From positions 1 through 7,375 of the forward strand of contig NW_021828877.1 of assembly GCF_006345805.1 (NCBI RefSeq): DNA of 7,375 nt, in the 5' to 3' direction. This DNA comes from Octopus sinensis. Its lineage: Eukaryota. Below, in pieces: positions 6,281 to 7,375 of the stretch. Numbering within the stretch: the stretch's first letter is position 1; each line of letters starts with the position of its first letter. The notes beneath the pieces were generated by a model. That model had not been told where the DNA came from. It searched no databases and saw only the letters and a program-made list of their open reading frames with translations. The translations under genes were made by a program, and so were the position numbers.

Positions 6281-6731
6281 AAGTGGCTAGCACGCTGATC
6301 TGTAAACACGTCAGCAAAATGCTTAACGGTACTTCTTCAAGGCAGCGAGCTGGCAGAAGCGTTAGCACGCCGGACAAAATGCGTAGCCGTATTTCGTCTG
6401 CTGTTACGTTCTGAGTTCAAATTCCGCCGAGGTCGACTTTGCCTTTCATCCTTTCAGGGTCGATAAATTAAGTACCAGTTACGCACTGGGGCCGATGTAA
6501 TCGACTTGATCCGTTCGTCTGTCCCCTCTATGTTTAGCCCCTTGTGGGTAGTAAAGAAATAGGTATTTCTTCAACCGTTACGTTCTGAGTTCAAATTCCG
6601 CCGAGATCGACATTACTTTTCATTCTTTTGGGGTTGATAAATTAAGTACCACCTGAGCACTGGAGTCGATGTAACGGATTAGCCCTCTCCTCCAAAATTT
6701 CAAGCCTTGTGCTTAAAGTAGTAAAGATTAT
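6281..6731 (+). mobile_element. Older SINE family A copy split by a nested insertion (segments about 6281-6340 and 6562-6731)
   Basis: gtaaacacgtcagcaaaatgcttaacggtacttcttcaa continues colinearly into ccgttacgttctgagttcaaattccgccgag once 6341-6574 is removed. Confidence 0.75.
6341..6561 (+). mobile_element. Younger full-length SINE family A copy with 13-bp TSD
   Basis: A box TGGCAGAAGCG (6351-6361), B box GAGTTCAAATTCC (6413-6425), central domain at 6432-6478. TSD ggtacttcttcaa (6328-6340) / ggtatttcttcaa (6562-6574). Confidence 0.9.
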
Positions 6732-6999
6732 GATACCTAACCAATTAGCACTGGCTTGGCCGTTTTTGAAAAATGCGTCTGTGTAGCCATCCATGGAGAT
6801 GCATTGTCAATTGAGACTCGTAGAATTTTAAGTAATGAAGCATACATTGCAACGTGGGTAACTGTTGTGTGGGGAGTATTATTACACTGGTTACTACAGT
6901 ATAGTTGTACCTAGCCACGGAGATACTTGTCAGTTGAAACTTGTAATAGTTTCATCAATGAAAGATATGTTGCAACGTTGCTAACTTCCAGATGGTTAG

Positions 7000-7001
<2 letters not shown>

Positions 7002-7041
<40 letters not shown>
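7002..7041. repeat. (AT)20 microsatellite
   Basis: Direct reading. Confidence 0.95.
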
Positions 7042-7046
<5 letters not shown>

Positions 7047-7235
7047 ACCTTGAAACTCGAGTCCGTGTGTATCATAAGTTGAAGACGGGAAGGATGACTT
7101 CCCTTCACAAATACTGATAGGGCACAGAAAGTGTGTCTATAGCCAGCTGGAGGAGGTGTCTTCCTGGGGCTACAAACTACAGTAGCATCCACCCTTAGGG
7201 GTTAGCCATATTCAAATGGCAAATATACGTCACGA
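7042..7235 (-). mobile_element. Hairpin-rich insertion between two (AT)n tracts; possible LTR fragment
   Basis: Bounded by (AT)n on both sides and more GC-rich than its flanks. The minus strand begins TCGTGACG, close to the TGTGACG/TGTNAC start typical of Ty3/gypsy-type LTRs. Confidence 0.45.
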
Positions 7236-7250
7236 TATATATATATATAT

Positions 7251-7375
7251 TGTTACGAATATAAAATTATATTCAAATAATTTCTCATTCGTACGACGCC
7301 GAATTAGAACATCACTCTCTGTTTTTGCAAGCAAATTGTCTTGCTGAGCTCGCTTACGGTCTTCCGAGATATCGG
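7251..7375 (+). mobile_element. Possible LTR start running off the window
   Basis: TGTTACG begins immediately after (AT)n. Only the terminal motif supports this call. Confidence 0.35.

Noticed and set aside
6741-6914. Stop-free plus-strand frame of about 57 codons in non-repetitive sequence
   Set aside because: No ATG, no convincing splice sites and no recognisable protein motif.
6935-6958. Minus-strand TTGATGA-aact...agtt hairpin as a hammerhead
   Set aside because: No GAAA after the stem and no stem I/III.
1-7375. CRISPR array, operon or other prokaryotic system
   Set aside because: No regularly spaced repeats and no gene-dense coding; the composition is that of an animal genome.

Overview
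AT-rich, repeat-saturated eukaryotic non-coding DNA, probably intronic. The SINE sequences and the density of (TA)n/(CA)n/(TGTA)n tracts resemble octopus (coleoid cephalopod) DNA; this comes from my recall of the repeats, not from a search. None of the supplied ORFs is credible: most derive from microsatellites or repeats, and the rest have no recognisable protein motif. The window contains about 11 copies or fragments of three SINE families (called A, B and C here; A and C show tRNA-type heads), including one SINE nested in another with a 13-bp target-site duplication. It also has a probable Helitron-type end, a lone Tc1/mariner-like TIR and two LTR-like termini. The strongest signals are RNA-structural. 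(1) A complete type I hammerhead ribozyme at 2519-2591 sits in an interleaved inverted-repeat arrangement that implies a circularly permuted unit of about 465 nt (Penelope/retrozyme-like). (2) A candidate non-circularly permuted hammerhead lies at 409-474. (3) A candidate 9-nt microexon lies on the minus strand at 3961-3969.
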